Shown piece by piece: positions 36,202-49,000 of a stretch of DNA of 64,000 nt. The stretch is taken from the NCBI GenBank assembly GCA_022813865.1, contig JALDZX010000015.1:372001-436000 (forward strand), read 5' to 3'. The position numbers and the translations under genes were made by a program. Origin of the DNA: Xylographa opegraphella. Lineage: Eukaryota. Under the pieces are notes generated by a model. It was not told where the DNA came from, did not search any database, and saw only the letters and a program-made list of their open reading frames with translations. Position 1 is the stretch's first letter. The number at the start of each line of letters is the position of its first letter.

Positions 36202-36714
36202 AAATCGGACCCTGCATGCAAGAGCTATTTATCCGTCCACTTGAAGCTCATGCATCCGCTCATGCGTATTTTGCCTGAAGATGTTCAGGTAAACAACTTG
36301 ACCAACAGAATCAAATTACTGTGCAGTATTTATCTAGGCTGCATTTCGTGTCACATATTGCAGACTGCCAGGTTCAAGACAGTGCCTTCAGCTCCGATTC
36401 AAAGTATGCCATTTATGTTCGCGGACTAATCTGGCCATCTCAATGACTTGCACGGGTAATCCCTCAGTCCACAAGATATTCGTGGGACTTCATCACAGGA
36501 GCTGGCAATATATACAAAGTTGAAAGAAAAGCAATTGTAAGAAGTGAAGGCTCTTTCTCTCCCAGCTTTTTCAGGTTGCTCACCCCCTTATCCTGCCATG
36601 TGCCCAAAGTAGAGATCTATAGCTTGGTATTTTTTCCAGAGCCCTGCGCCTCGCTATGCCATGTGCTCATCATCTCGTTGTATTAGTACATTCGTAACTA
36701 TCGTCCTCGTCCAT

Positions 36715-39700
36715 TTACTTCCTCACAAACATGATGCATCCATCATCGTCACTCTCCTCTTCTGCCTCGTCACCATCTCCGTTGTAACCGGCTTCATCCT
36801 CGTCCAAAGAGCGGGAGCTTGTGACTCGGTCGATCTTGTCCTGGTGATCTGGAATGATTGTTTGACCGGAGCTCATGATAGAGGGTGTAGCATCCGCATT
36901 CAGTTCCTCACCAGTTGTTGCGAGAGAAGATGCACCGCTGACGACAGAAGGTATGCTTGGATGTGAAAAGGATTCGCTGATACCGGATGTCATTTGGTCA
37001 TCAGAGGATGAGATAGCCATGAGGGCGTCTTGGGAGTGTTGCGAACCTCGCCGTATTTGTGCGTAATCATCAGGCGATGGCGGGCATTGATATGCGGTAT
37101 TTGCTCTGCTACGCTGCTGCGGCTGAGTAGCACTGCGCTCTTGTTCAAGCATATGTCGGCGATAATTCTGCTCTTGTGCTTTCGCAAATGCATCTGTCGA
37201 TGATTCGATGGGCAGGGTTGAAAAGTCAATAGGTGCGTGGCGTGGTTGAGGCTCCACTAGCGCATCCCGCAGAATGGGTGGCTGATCGACATGGCCAGCG
37301 GCGATGGCTGGCGAGATTGCAATGCTGGGAGACGCATGGGGATCTTCAAAGTTTGAAGCCATGTTTTCTACAGAAGATGACCGACTTGCTTGGTTGCCCG
37401 TGTCACGTTCTTGACCTCGTTCCCTGCTGCGCATGCCTTTGACGAGACGCCGGCCAGCTCCACTAAATATGCCACTCAGACTGGATGAGGATGATGCAGC
37501 CGAATCGCCTATGTATGAGGACTGTAGTTGATCATCTGCGGGGACCGGGGGCGTGCTTTGTCTGACGATAGTAGTAGGCACAGGAGCTCTGATGGTCTTT
37601 GTGGAATCCGCAGTTGAGATTGCTCGCTCCATCAGCTTCGGTCGTTGAGCCGCATAATGCGGCGTCGATGAGCTTGGAATACTCTCCAACGTTGTCGTCG
37701 AGTTTGGAAAGTAGGAAAGATCCTCTCTGAGTTCGGGACTTGCAGCGAGGCTTTGAGCAAGCGGGTGTTCAGTGTTCTCTCTTGAAGCGCGTAATGCCGT
37801 ATATATCTGTTCATCTCCACGAAGGCTTGTCCTCCTGCTTTGCCGTTCACCATGACTTGTGTCGTTGTTCTTCACATTACTTTCTGCTCTTTTGCGCGAG
37901 TTCTGACCTCGAACCACCGAGTTAAGGCGACGTATGCCTGACTTGATACGATCCACAATCGTGAGGGGTGCAACAGCCTCATTGACTTCCTGGGTAGACA
38001 CCTCGATCTTCCGGCCTTGGCTCTGTAATGAGGGATCTGTTTCGTCAATCCAGGCACTATGATCTTTGATACCACGCAACACCCAGGGATGGTGCTTGAC
38101 TTCCTTGAGTGTGATTCGCTTTGAGGCTTGTTTGTGCAACAGACGCCCCAGCAGGTCTCGCAACTCGTCGTCGACATCCTCATACGCGAGAACATCGTTT
38201 TGGCGTTTGTAAGGACTCAAAGGTCTGTCTGGGTTCGTTTCAACGCCTCTCAAACGCTTACCCGGAATGAAGACTTCCTGCCTAGCTATCTTCTCGTACA
38301 TGGCGAACTCGTTGTCATCAAAAAAGGGGAGTCGTCCGAAAATCATCCCATACAGAGTGACACCAAGTGCCCAAACATCGATCTGCCCAGTGATCTGAGG
38401 ACGTTCAGGATTTTTGTCAATGTCGAATAGATCAGGGTCGCAAAGCTCAGGAGCGTAGAAAGCAGGCGTTCCAACAGTTTTTGCGAGTTCAATTGCTTCG
38501 TCAAGATTAGCCGCATCGGCTTCCTCAATCTCCTCCTTGTTATCATCTTCCCTAATGGGCCTGCCCAGATACGAGACCCCGAAGTCGGATATCTTTACGC
38601 GGTGGTCTTTGGTCCATAGAAGGTTGGCGGGTTTGATGTCGCGATGAATGATGCCTTGATAATGAAGATATTCTAAACCCAGCACGGTATCTCGGAAGGC
38701 GTCCAAGGCCTGGGAGAGCGTAAGACATGGGACGTATTTATACTCCTCATCTGCCTCGAGAAGATTGCTATGTTCTGTGAATATGCGATCGACGGCAGCG
38801 ATGCAATCGGCGGTATTCTCCGATGCAGCGGCATAAGGACCCCACATGGTGCCTTCCAGCGCCATTCGTGATAGTGAGCTTGACGGACTCCCGGCGCCGA
38901 CCAATGCTACATCTGCTTCCGCTGCGGAAAATGCTCTTGCTTCTGTAGGAGCTGGAGTACCAGTACGTGAGGAAGTGTTCGACATCGTCGGTTCTGTAGG
39001 AAGGTTTTCGACACTCGCAGACCGTGAATTATTCTCCGAAACCTGTATCATATTTAGACTTCTAGCAAGATGACCCATCTCATCTTCCGGTGAGTCGCCA
39101 CCCATCTCAAGACTCCAGTATGACGAAGCATTCGCAGCAGGCATTGGCAGCTTCTTAGTGCCAACACCATGTTTGCCTGCGTATTTTGCTTCTCTTACCC
39201 GATTTTTCTCCGTGAGCACACGCTGCTTCTCCAAACGCCTGGTCGGAAGGCCCTGATTGAAGTAGGTTACGGCTTCGGCCTCGAGAGTTTCAGTGACGTT
39301 TCCTGCCATTTCTTGCTTGACTCGATCTCTTTCGAAGACTGCAACATGCCTGTCTGCGACAGTACGCCAGATGATCTCTCCCAGCTCCACATACTCCAGT
39401 ATGAGGTAGACCTTGCCAAACTCTGGGTCGTCGATAACCTCGAGTAAGCTCACGACGTGTGGATGGCGTGCCTTTTTGAGAACGGCGACTTCTTTCTTTA
39501 CTTTGTCTTCGGGACTTTCTTGCTTGCCGAGACGAATCTTCTTTGAAAATCGGCGTACAATCTTGATAGCGACATATTCGTCGGTGTTGAGGTTGCGACC
39601 AAGCTTGACAGTACCATGTGCTCCACTCCCGAGCTTTGCCTGGAACTCGTAATTGTTGACAATCTTCCGGCCTGAAATGGGATCGACATCCTTCAAGAGT

Positions 39701-40724
39701 TTGTGGGTTCTGAAAAGTGTCAGTCATGTTCACTATCGGTCGCAAGGACCGAGAATAACTCGGACGAGATTCAAAGACAAGGGAGATCGTTTTGACGGCA
39801 ATATGTAAGGAAACGGAGGACTGACTCTTTCGGTGCTACAAGATGTGATGGATGGAGCAGTGGTGTGTTATATTGGCTTCCTTCTTCATGATCGTCGACC
39901 ATCTTGAATGCTGAGGTTGACGGTGAGAACAAGCCAGGGCTCTGCGCAGGGGTATTGCCAGCCGTTCTCGCGCCTGCGATCATGGGAGTACGATCACGGG
40001 ATTGCGGCAGTGAAACCGATGAGTAGAAGCTGTTTTGGGAAGGATTTGAGCTTCGGGTCCGCAGTGGATGTGACTGGTAAGGTGGTGGATAGTATTGTGA
40101 TTGCAATGCAGCGAATGATTGATTTGGGTAATGTGGACCGTCTCGGCGTAGATGAGATGCTGGCTGCACTTGTGAAGTTACAATCGGACTCAAAGCTGGA
40201 GCTGAAGGAGCTTCGTATGCTGTTCGGGCGTGAGTGATAACTGCAGATGGTGCATCAAATATCGCTCCCGGACGATGATCCTCGATGTCTCCAGAAGCAC
40301 TGTCGTCGACCTCAAAGCTGCCAAGAGACGCCGAAGATGCATATGCACTGTGCAAAGGTGAAGAAACGTTGGACGCAGAGATTAGATTAGCAGTGTGAGC
40401 CGGGCTAGACGTCCGCACCATTGATCTCGGAGGAACGTGAGCGACGTGATCCCTTTCACCCTCAACTCGCGGCTCTCTTGCCGTACCTCCATCAAAACCG
40501 AATGTCGATCCACCAGAATGGAGTGTCTCGACCGCATTGTCTTTATACTGTACATCCACACCTTCAGCACAAGGCTCGCGCTTCCGTGACACAGGCCTGG
40601 ACCAGGTTTGCTGGCCTGGTGAAAGCCCTATGTCCATCATGTTTTCTGGCGGTGTGAGCAGTCCCACAAGGTCTTCCTCTGCATTCGTACCAATCCCGCT
40701 TCTTCTGCGTTGTTCTCTGTCCAT
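36715..40724 (-). CDS. Ser/Thr kinase, CaMKK / Snf1-activating kinase family (Sak1/Tos3, S. pombe Ssp1; 1 intron)
   Basis: VAPKE|THKLLKDVDPISGRKIVNNYE; GSGAHGTVK; VAIK; HRDIKPANLL; ISDFGVS; GTPAFYAPE; DVWALGVT. Long insert between subdomains V and VI. Intron ~39825-39711. Confidence 0.93.
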
Positions 40725-42754
40725 ACTCTACACTTTCCCGCCGCTTGGCCTTCTGTAAATGGTGTAACTTGTCTGGTCCGGCACATACAAGGATGGATGT
40801 GCCAGCTAAAGCGTCGAGCACGGCACAAGTGTCATCGACCTTTGGCAATGCACCAGTCTTGTACATATGCCATGTTTCTTGACCCGGTAGTCTCAGCGAC
40901 CCCAAGCTTGGTGCACACCGTGATGTGCTCTGTGAACAGTACCCACAACAGCAGCGTGGCTAACGGAATGACAGCGAAATATCGAATTACCGATCAATGT
41001 TGATGCTTCGAGTGAAGATAGGAGCGTCGAACTGGAAGCTCGCCAGGATAAAGGTCGTCGGCACGAAGACGCAGACTGGAGCGACTACGTTTCGATCAGT
41101 TTGTGGCATAACTGTACAAGAAAAAATGAGCATCACCTGTGATTCACGACCTGACCTTTCCACACAGCGAACAGTGCGATACAATATTCGCAACTGCGTG
41201 CTCAAGACCAAGATGCAGAAGCCGTCGTCCACTCAACTGACATCACAGGGTTCGATCCACGGACTGGGGAGGGACTTTTAGGTCTGAGATGATGCTTAGA
41301 GCATCAATTGCGGCCGCTAGAGAAATGGGGCCGCGGGAGCACGAGCCTCTGGAGTGCCCGATAACGATTAAGGGACAACCAGAAGCACTGTCTCCACTAA
41401 GGCGGAGTTTAGAGCAGCTGGATCAGAACAGCGCTCTTGTAGCGTAGCAAGAGAGAAGGAGGACTGTATGAGGCTCGACATGGGATTTTGTTCGAGAGTC
41501 GAAAGGTGCCCTGGGGGGTGGAGGGGGGCAGGCCACGATAATGACAATCGAAGATTTTTCACCTGCAGAACAGTGGGATAAAATCCATTGGGGGAGACGC
41601 CGAGTGCGCATTTGGACGACGGGTTGGGGGGGAGGGTTGCATCCCTGGAGCTAGGCATGCAAAACATCGTTGCCCAACTAATGCCCGCCAATCATGATGG
41701 CGACAGCGCGGGTGAGCGACGACGCCCCCGGTGAGCATCCCCCCGAGTGAGTGCATCACGCTACTCCCGGGGCACGAGTGAGCACTGAGCACTTTGAGCA
41801 CTCAGCAGATGGTGGCTTGCGAAGCGGGTAGCTAGCTATTCTCCCTATTCCTCAATCGTCGCCACCCCTCCCCCCGGAGGCCATTATTTGGGTATGATTG
41901 AGAAACTCTGGCTGCCTTGAGCCTGCGCAGGACGATATGGATTTAGGGGCACCCCCTTCGCGTACTCCTGCCCGACCACGCCCCAGCATCGGCTGCTCCT
42001 GCATGCCTGGCCTTTTCTTTGCACAGCCGCGGAACGCGCCCGGCGTCCTCCGCCAATGGGCACTATGCTACCCAGGTAAAGCCAGCTTCGCTTCCCCAGA
42101 AAAAATGCTTCACCACCAACCTTTTTTCCCCCCAGACCACCACGGCCGCGCCGCTACTCGCCGCCAATAACAACGAACGGCACGTCTGATCCGGGCTCAG
42201 GAGGTCGTTCCGCCAAACCTTCGAACCAAGATGGTGGCTCAACTGGTTGGTCTGGCTTCTGCTACGCCGGTAGGGGACAACGTTGGCGCATCAGGTCCGA
42301 AAGGTGGTGCCTTCATGCGGGGCGTGCAGCTCCTGAAGAAAAGCTCTACGGTGCCAGCATAGGTAGTACGCTGTACACGACAGAATATGACCTGTCACAT
42401 ATGTGCCGTGTAAACAGTGGTAGCCATCCATATTGGGTATGTCATACCAGGGGCGGCGCATCCAGCAGCAGACGCGCCTGACTCGCCTTGACTCAGGCCT
42501 CTCCGCTGGGTTTGGGAGCACGCAGGCAGCCGTGGCGTGTCATGGAAGCAGAACGAAAGGTGGCTGGCCCGCTACCTGACCTTTGCCCACCTTCCTCTCT
42601 TCAAACTACTGACTTGTGTGCGAGCATCACGATTTACTATGGAGGATCGTGGAGTATATTTGGGGAGGGGTGAAGGCCGAGCTAGTATCGACTACGTCGT
42701 ATTGTGGACAAGCGTCCAAGCTACCGCTCCGATGGTGAGATCTAATCAGATCTC

Positions 42755-44041
42755 ATGTGGTCTTGGCGGAGCTTTGCTCTCTTGGCTGCACGGGCCATCG
42801 GCAGCGGTTCCCAGTCGACGAGAGCACGTCAGGTGGGTGGCCTGCTTTCCCTTCAGACACACTTCGTATCGCGTTACACAAGCAGGTCGACGGCGCTGAC
42901 AGCTCTGACAGCCCAGGAAAAATCCCACGTCCACGTTCTTTCGCTCGGAAGTCAGTTCTGCATCACAATACTCGACCATGGGACCCTCTCGACCCGTACC
43001 TGGCTGGGATCAGCGCCATCACGGACGAATGCTCCGAGCAAATATCAAACGCGCATCTCCTTGGCCGGGGGGAACGAAGATATGCTAGCAAATGCCAAGA
43101 TGGTGCTCGCAACCACAAAGCGGGGCATGACGCATGGCCGTCATTGACCCATACACGGTACCACTGTGACGGTATCCAAACCACACTACCTTACTCGGTT
43201 ATCTCCTCCCCTTCAGCTGTCCACAATACAGCTGCTACCAACAACCGCTCCCAGTTCGAAATACCGTGTCTGAGTCCTGAGGACCCCTCTATTCAAACCC
43301 ACGGCATCTACACCGGCTCTTCCCTCCCATCCTCCTGCGGGTTCCCCTCCCCACCCCCTGCGCCCCGCTTCTAACCATTCCTCCCCCTCCCCACCCCTCC
43401 CCGATGTCTTTCTTCTACATTCCAACCCCCACCCCCTTCCGCCAAGCCTCCAGCCATTGATCCGCTCCACCCTCCGATCCCACCCCTTCACCCTGTGCCA
43501 TCCTCCCGCCTCAAAACTACCTTCCCCCTTCCCGCAAACTCCCATCTCACCACTTCATCCTTATAAACCTCTCCACCGGCTCTCCTCCATCGGCGTGAAC
43601 TACAGTGACGTGCTACGGGAGCAGACCTGATGGACGGGTGTGGTGGAACCGCTGTGGTGCCGACGTAGTTTCAGCGGGATGTGTTTGGTGGTTTGGGAGG
43701 TAGGCGGGAGGGAGGAGGAGGTGGGGGAAGGCGTTGACGGGCAGGCGGACGAGGGAAAAAGCGTGGCGCACGTAGGAAATCGATCATGTGGGGAGGGGGG
43801 TAAGGAAGGTAGGTGGGTCCTTTGCACTGGGAGGGAGAAGAGGACCGGCGTGAGGTACAGTACACGCAAGGATTTCCTACACCCCCCCACGGAGCCACGC
43901 GTGCAGTGGAGGGAGGCTGGCCCTCGTGAGGCACCCAAGGTGAAATCGCCGAAGCGATCACCGGTCTGCAATGGTGGAAGCGCTACGTTTCCCCCGGGGC
44001 CCGTTCGCGTGCCTTTGCTTCCTGGTGTCGTGCGGCCTTGA
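42755..44041 (+). pseudogene. 429-codon reading frame interrupted only by three TGA codons; probable pseudogene of unknown family
   Basis: One frame from ATG 42755 to TGA 44039-44041, with internal TGA at 43145, 43271 and 43628. C-rich then G-rich strand skew, like other genes in the window. Confidence 0.4.
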
Positions 44042-44336
44042 GGTCGAGTCGGGTATCTCGATACTTGGGTGAGGGGGGGTGAGTGGGCTAGGGATGAGGG
44101 AAGACGGATGGAGGAGGAGGAGGACGGGAGTGTTTACTTTTGGAAAAGGGGTGTGGATGTACAAATGTTATTAGTTATCTATATTTGTTATTGCACTTTA
44201 CTACAAGCAAGGGGATACGGCAAGGGGATACGGCAAGGAGTTGTAGATTTATCGTTTTGCATCACATCCTGCCACAAGCAGTGGACATCTCCCAAAAGAA
44301 GAGAAAAGATTAACATTTAAGATTTCACCATTTTGT

Positions 44337-45733
44337 CTAATGCACATGACCTATCTGCGTCAGCAACGGCAGCAGCATCCCCGCCACCGCCGCCATCACG
44401 AGCTGCAGGCTCGGCCCGGCCTTCTGGCGACTCGCATCGCGGCCGTGCACGCCGTCGAGGTAGCCGCTGCCGTGACTTTCGTCGTGCCCGGCCGCCTCGT
44501 CCCCGTGGCTCTCCTGCATCGTGTGCATCGCCACATATCTGAAAAAAAAGCCGAGGCGTTAGCGTGGAGCCTTTCCGATATGGTGCGCAGGGGAAACAGT
44601 TGGGTCAAAAAGAGGGACGGTCGGCTTACAGAAAAGTGCCCCCGGAAAAGAGTAATAAGACACCGGTCCAGAATTTCAACGACTCTTCCCCGCCCAAGCC
44701 GACGCCTCCGGCGCCGAGGATCCTCACAACGATCCATGTTCCCAGAGCCCCCACGGGGGCCGCAAAGCTGAACGCCAGTAGATGGACCCGTGCAGCTCTT
44801 TTCCCTAAGCCTTGCTTGAGGAGCACACTGGTCAGTCCAAATGCTGCAGGCGCTTTGTGAATCATGATGGCGACGAAAATGATGAAGGATAGCGATGGTT
44901 GGCTGGAGGATGCGCCGAGAGCGATACCGTCGGCGGCGGCGTGGATGACTAGACCTAGCGTTGTGGAGAATGTACCCTTGGGTAACGAGGCCGTGGAGGG
45001 CGATGAGGGAGCGGCCGAGGACAAATCAGAGAGTGAATATATGTTATGCGATCGTGGCGATGGAGGTGTCGGTCGTAAGGAAGGAAGCGTGTCAATCAAG
45101 TACATTAGTATGAAGCCCAAGACCAACGAGATACCTATCCAAGCGTGCGGATTACGATGAGTCTTCGGGGGTTCAATCACTGGTGCCGTAGGGGGGCTTG
45201 ATTCTTCAAGAATACCAACGACACCAGGTTGAGTCGGAGTCTTAGGGGGGTCGGCAGTCTTGATTATATCGGCATCCACGCCAGCAGGTATCACTGGGCC
45301 CGGAAGGCTATCAAAAGGGTTCGCGCCTTCTGAGGCTCTGCGGAGGACAGCGAGATGTGCCTCTGGCGATCGCGTGTCCATACGGGATGTATGAGGCGCA
45401 GAGGGATGCCACCGTATGTCCAACGGGTTGTGAAGCTGACTTCTTTGAGTACGGGAGTGCTCGGTTTCGCTCGCGCTATACAACGTCTCGACTCCCTCCG
45501 GGATAATAACAATCAACGATGTACCGACCAAAACGCCCATACCAATGGTTGAGATGAGTCTGAGTTGCGACTGTGAGAGCGAGAACGAAAGGGGTAAGGA
45601 GCCAGCGAGGAAGGATCTTTAGAGTAGTCGAATCAGTCACAATATATCAAATATGACAGTTATTATCTACTAAGACTTACGCAATGGCCATCAGAGCGCT
45701 CAGTGACAGCAGCATAAAAAGGCCGTCCAACAT
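44337..45733 (-). CDS. ATX2: ZIP-family metal transporter, ZIP9/Atx2 type (2 introns)
   Basis: MLDGLFMLLSLSALMAIA|SFLAGSLPL...GVLVGTSLIVIIPEG...GLVIHAAADGIALGA...MIHKAPAAFGL...FSGGTFL|YVAMHTM...GHVH. Confidence 0.93.
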
Positions 45734-46091
45734 CGTGAACTCTCCCTGCAGAGCAATGGGACTACTGCCCGACGAACTGTTACTTCTTGAGCATCATTCT
45801 TGAAGAGGAATGATCAATGTCGACCTCGCGGAGTTGCCATAGTATAATTACGAGTGGATGAACGCAACGATTCTCAAAAAACCACCTTTACGCGGTCCAA
45901 TATCGCCGTTTGGGCACAAGGCGAAGCAACGTTCGGACGGCCACGCTAAATTAGCGGCTTTTCTCCAGGGACATGGCACTAGCTTAGCCTTTAGCGTGGC
46001 AACCGAATATCTACCAAACCGAATTTTTATCTGAGCTTCTTCTGCTCTGTAGGCGCACTTTGATAGCAAGGGTTCGAGAAACAGCGCCGAG

Positions 46092-49000
46092 ATGGAGTGC
46101 ATCTGGGATGGCAAACGGATGGTCTTGGATACTGAATGTACCAATGACCTGCCTGACGATCTTGCTGACAAACTTCTCCATGGAACAAATTCGGAATATC
46201 TTCATGCTATCTCGCTTCTAGCCTTGAGCCCGAGGTGGACAGGTGTGATATACCACAGCCACAGACCACTTTTCATGGATTTGTGCAGCAGATGGATGTC
46301 ATGTCGTGATAAGCGGTTTGATACGCTTGATGCTGTTTCTGCATTGACTCGAATCCTCCCTGTTGCGCCTTTCTTATCCCGCCATGTTCAGAAGCTGGTC
46401 CTTCAAGGCGGAGTGGAGATTTTCTCTGTCCTTCGTACCGGGAATGCACTCGGTCTGTCGCAAGTTTCGGATGCCAAGCTTGTAGCACTTCTCAATATTG
46501 TCAATCGTTTGTTGGAGTTCGACAACCACACCTTCGCTAACATAATCTCGCCTGTACAAATGCAAGTGCTTCTTTATCATTCACAGCTTTATATCAGATA
46601 TTTGGCAACGAGTGCACTTTGCTCATATCTACGTTCAGCAGACGCAATATTCCAAGAGATGATCAACAAGTTTGTGGGTCAAGATATCATCGAGGGACCT
46701 TGGGAAGACCGGAATATAGATTATAGATTTCTAAGACTCTGGGAAAACAAACGAGTGCGGGATCTTCAGAATTCATTATCTTATCCAGCAGATATGCATC
46801 ACATGTCGACCCATCAACCAGGTCATTCACGAGTTATACGCAATGAAGATCTTTCCCCTTTATGCTTATCATTCGCCGGTGCACTCGTTCCGAGCGTCGA
46901 TGCGATTTTGCATTACGAGTCATCATTTGTCCTAACGGATACCACTAGACAGAATCTTAGAGCTATTGCCAATGGCGTCTTGGATCCACGACCACTATTG
47001 ATTACCGGATTACCTGGCTCTGGGAAGACATCGGTGATCCGTGAGATCTCTCAAACTCTCGGTAAAGCTTCAAGCATGCTCACGTTACATCTCAACGAAC
47101 AGACGGACGCCAAACTTCTCATCGGCATGTACACATCTGCCACATCTACCGGTTCATTTACATGGAGACCTGGTGTGTTGACGACTGCTGTCCAGGAAGG
47201 CCGATGGGTTCTTGTGGAGGATCTCGACAGAGCGCCTGCAGATATTCTCAGTACTTTTCTGCCATTACTTGAGCGCGGCGAACTTCTTGTCCCGAATCTA
47301 GGAGGCTCTATTCGCGCAGCACCGGGCTTTAAAGTAATTGCGACTGTTCGATCGTCACTCAACATCAGGTCGGAAGAAGTGGCGCCTGGAACGAGCATGC
47401 TTGGGAATCGGTTCTGGAATCGTGTTACTCTCCGGATGCTCTCCAGTCAAGACTTAAGTGAAATCATATTGGCCAGATTTCCTGTTCTTCGACTCTATGA
47501 ATTGGGAATCATCAGATTGTATCAGAGACTCACATCGGCTCGAAGTCGTATGCCGACCGGCTTTATTTCGAGTCAATCGCATGGAAAATTAATAGGGCCA
47601 CAAGAACTTTTAAGATATTGCGCACGGCTAGAGAATGTTCTTCGCATAAGTGGTGTAAAGACTGGTGATGAAGCTATATCCGAAACCACTGCTGACAACA
47701 TGTTCATGGAGGCTGTCGATTGCTTCGCGGGCAGTATGCCCTCAGGAAGTCTAAGAGACCACACACTTGACCAGATATCTCAGGAACTACACGTCTCTCC
47801 GGAACGGGCGCATTACTGCGTCGAAACTCGCATTCCTGAATATTCCAATTTGGAGCTTTCTCTGAGCGTTGGACGTATAAAGCTACAAAAACGCCGAAGT
47901 GCCCGCAGTGCTGGGTTATCGAGGTCGAGCAAAGTTGGTAGACCATTCGCAATCACAAATCACGCTATGCGACATCTCGAGAGCATTGCCGCTGCTGTTG
48001 CTACAAATGAGCCTTGTCTACTTGTCGGTGAGACTGGTACTGGAAAAACGACCCTCATTCAAGAACTTTCCAGAACTCTAGGCCACGAGTTGGTCGTTGT
48101 CAACCTTTCACAGCAGAGCGAAAGCGGTGACCTGCTTGGGGGCTACAAGCCTCTTAACTTGAGAGTGTATGCTATGCCAATACAGGAGGAGTTCGAGGAT
48201 CTCTTTGATAGAACATTTTCATCCGAGAAAAACCAGCGGTTCATCAAATCAGTGGCGAGAACTGTTGCTAGAGGTGAATGGGTCCGAACAGTCGCTCTAT
48301 GGTACGAAGCCTTGAAAATGGTAGAGGCGACCTTCAAAAGTATACCTGAAACCGGTGCTGATGATTTCGGCAACAAACCCAAGAAGCGTCGGAAGATCGA
48401 GTCGCCTAAGTTTCAGAAATTGAAAACAAGATGGACCAGTTTTGGAAGCCGGGTCGATGTCTTTGGGCAGCAGATAGAGAAAGGCTCCAAAGGCTTTAGT
48501 TTCTTTTTTGTAGAGGGAAACATCATCAAGGCGGTCAGAAGTGGCGCCTGGGTGCTCCTAGACGAAATAAATCTAGCCTCTCCCGATACTCTGGAGAGCC
48601 TTGCCGATCTACTATCCGATAAATCCACTGCTTCTCCTTCCATACTTCTCTCAGAGACTGGAGATGTAGAAAGAATACAAGCTCATCCTGATTTCCGGAT
48701 ATTTGGAGCCATGAATCCTGCCACAGATGTGGGAAAACGCGCTCTTCCGACAGCGCTTCGTGGTCGATTTACCGAATATTATGTAGACTCACCTGAGAAC
48801 GACCTGGAAAGTTTGAAGCAGATTATTAACACTTATCTTGGCAACTATGTCCATAGTGACATTGAGGTGGCGCAAGATGTCGCTCAGCTCTACCTCGAGA
48901 CCAGGCGATTGGAAAATGAAAATCGACTCGTAGATGGTGCCGATCAAAAACCGCATTACAGTCTGCGGACTTTAACAAGAACCCTGACATATGTTATTGA

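Noticed and set aside
41245..41265. GGTTCGATCC tRNA T-loop/B-box-like motif
   Set aside because: The T-stem does not pair, and no D-arm or acceptor stem can be built.
42755..44041. Selenocysteine decoding or a variant genetic code for the TGA-interrupted frame
   Set aside because: Ascomycetes lack the Sec machinery, and neighbouring genes use TGA as a normal stop.
44209..44238. 13-bp tandem duplication (AAGGGGATACGGC) x2; similar short direct repeat at 62415-62457
   Set aside because: Isolated slippage-type duplications in 3' intergenic DNA; no array, so not CRISPR-like.
40725..44336. Telomerase RNA or other structured ncRNA in the long gap upstream of the kinase
   Set aside because: I saw no TAACCCT-type template or recognisable conserved elements by eye; a covariance-model search would be needed to exclude it fully.
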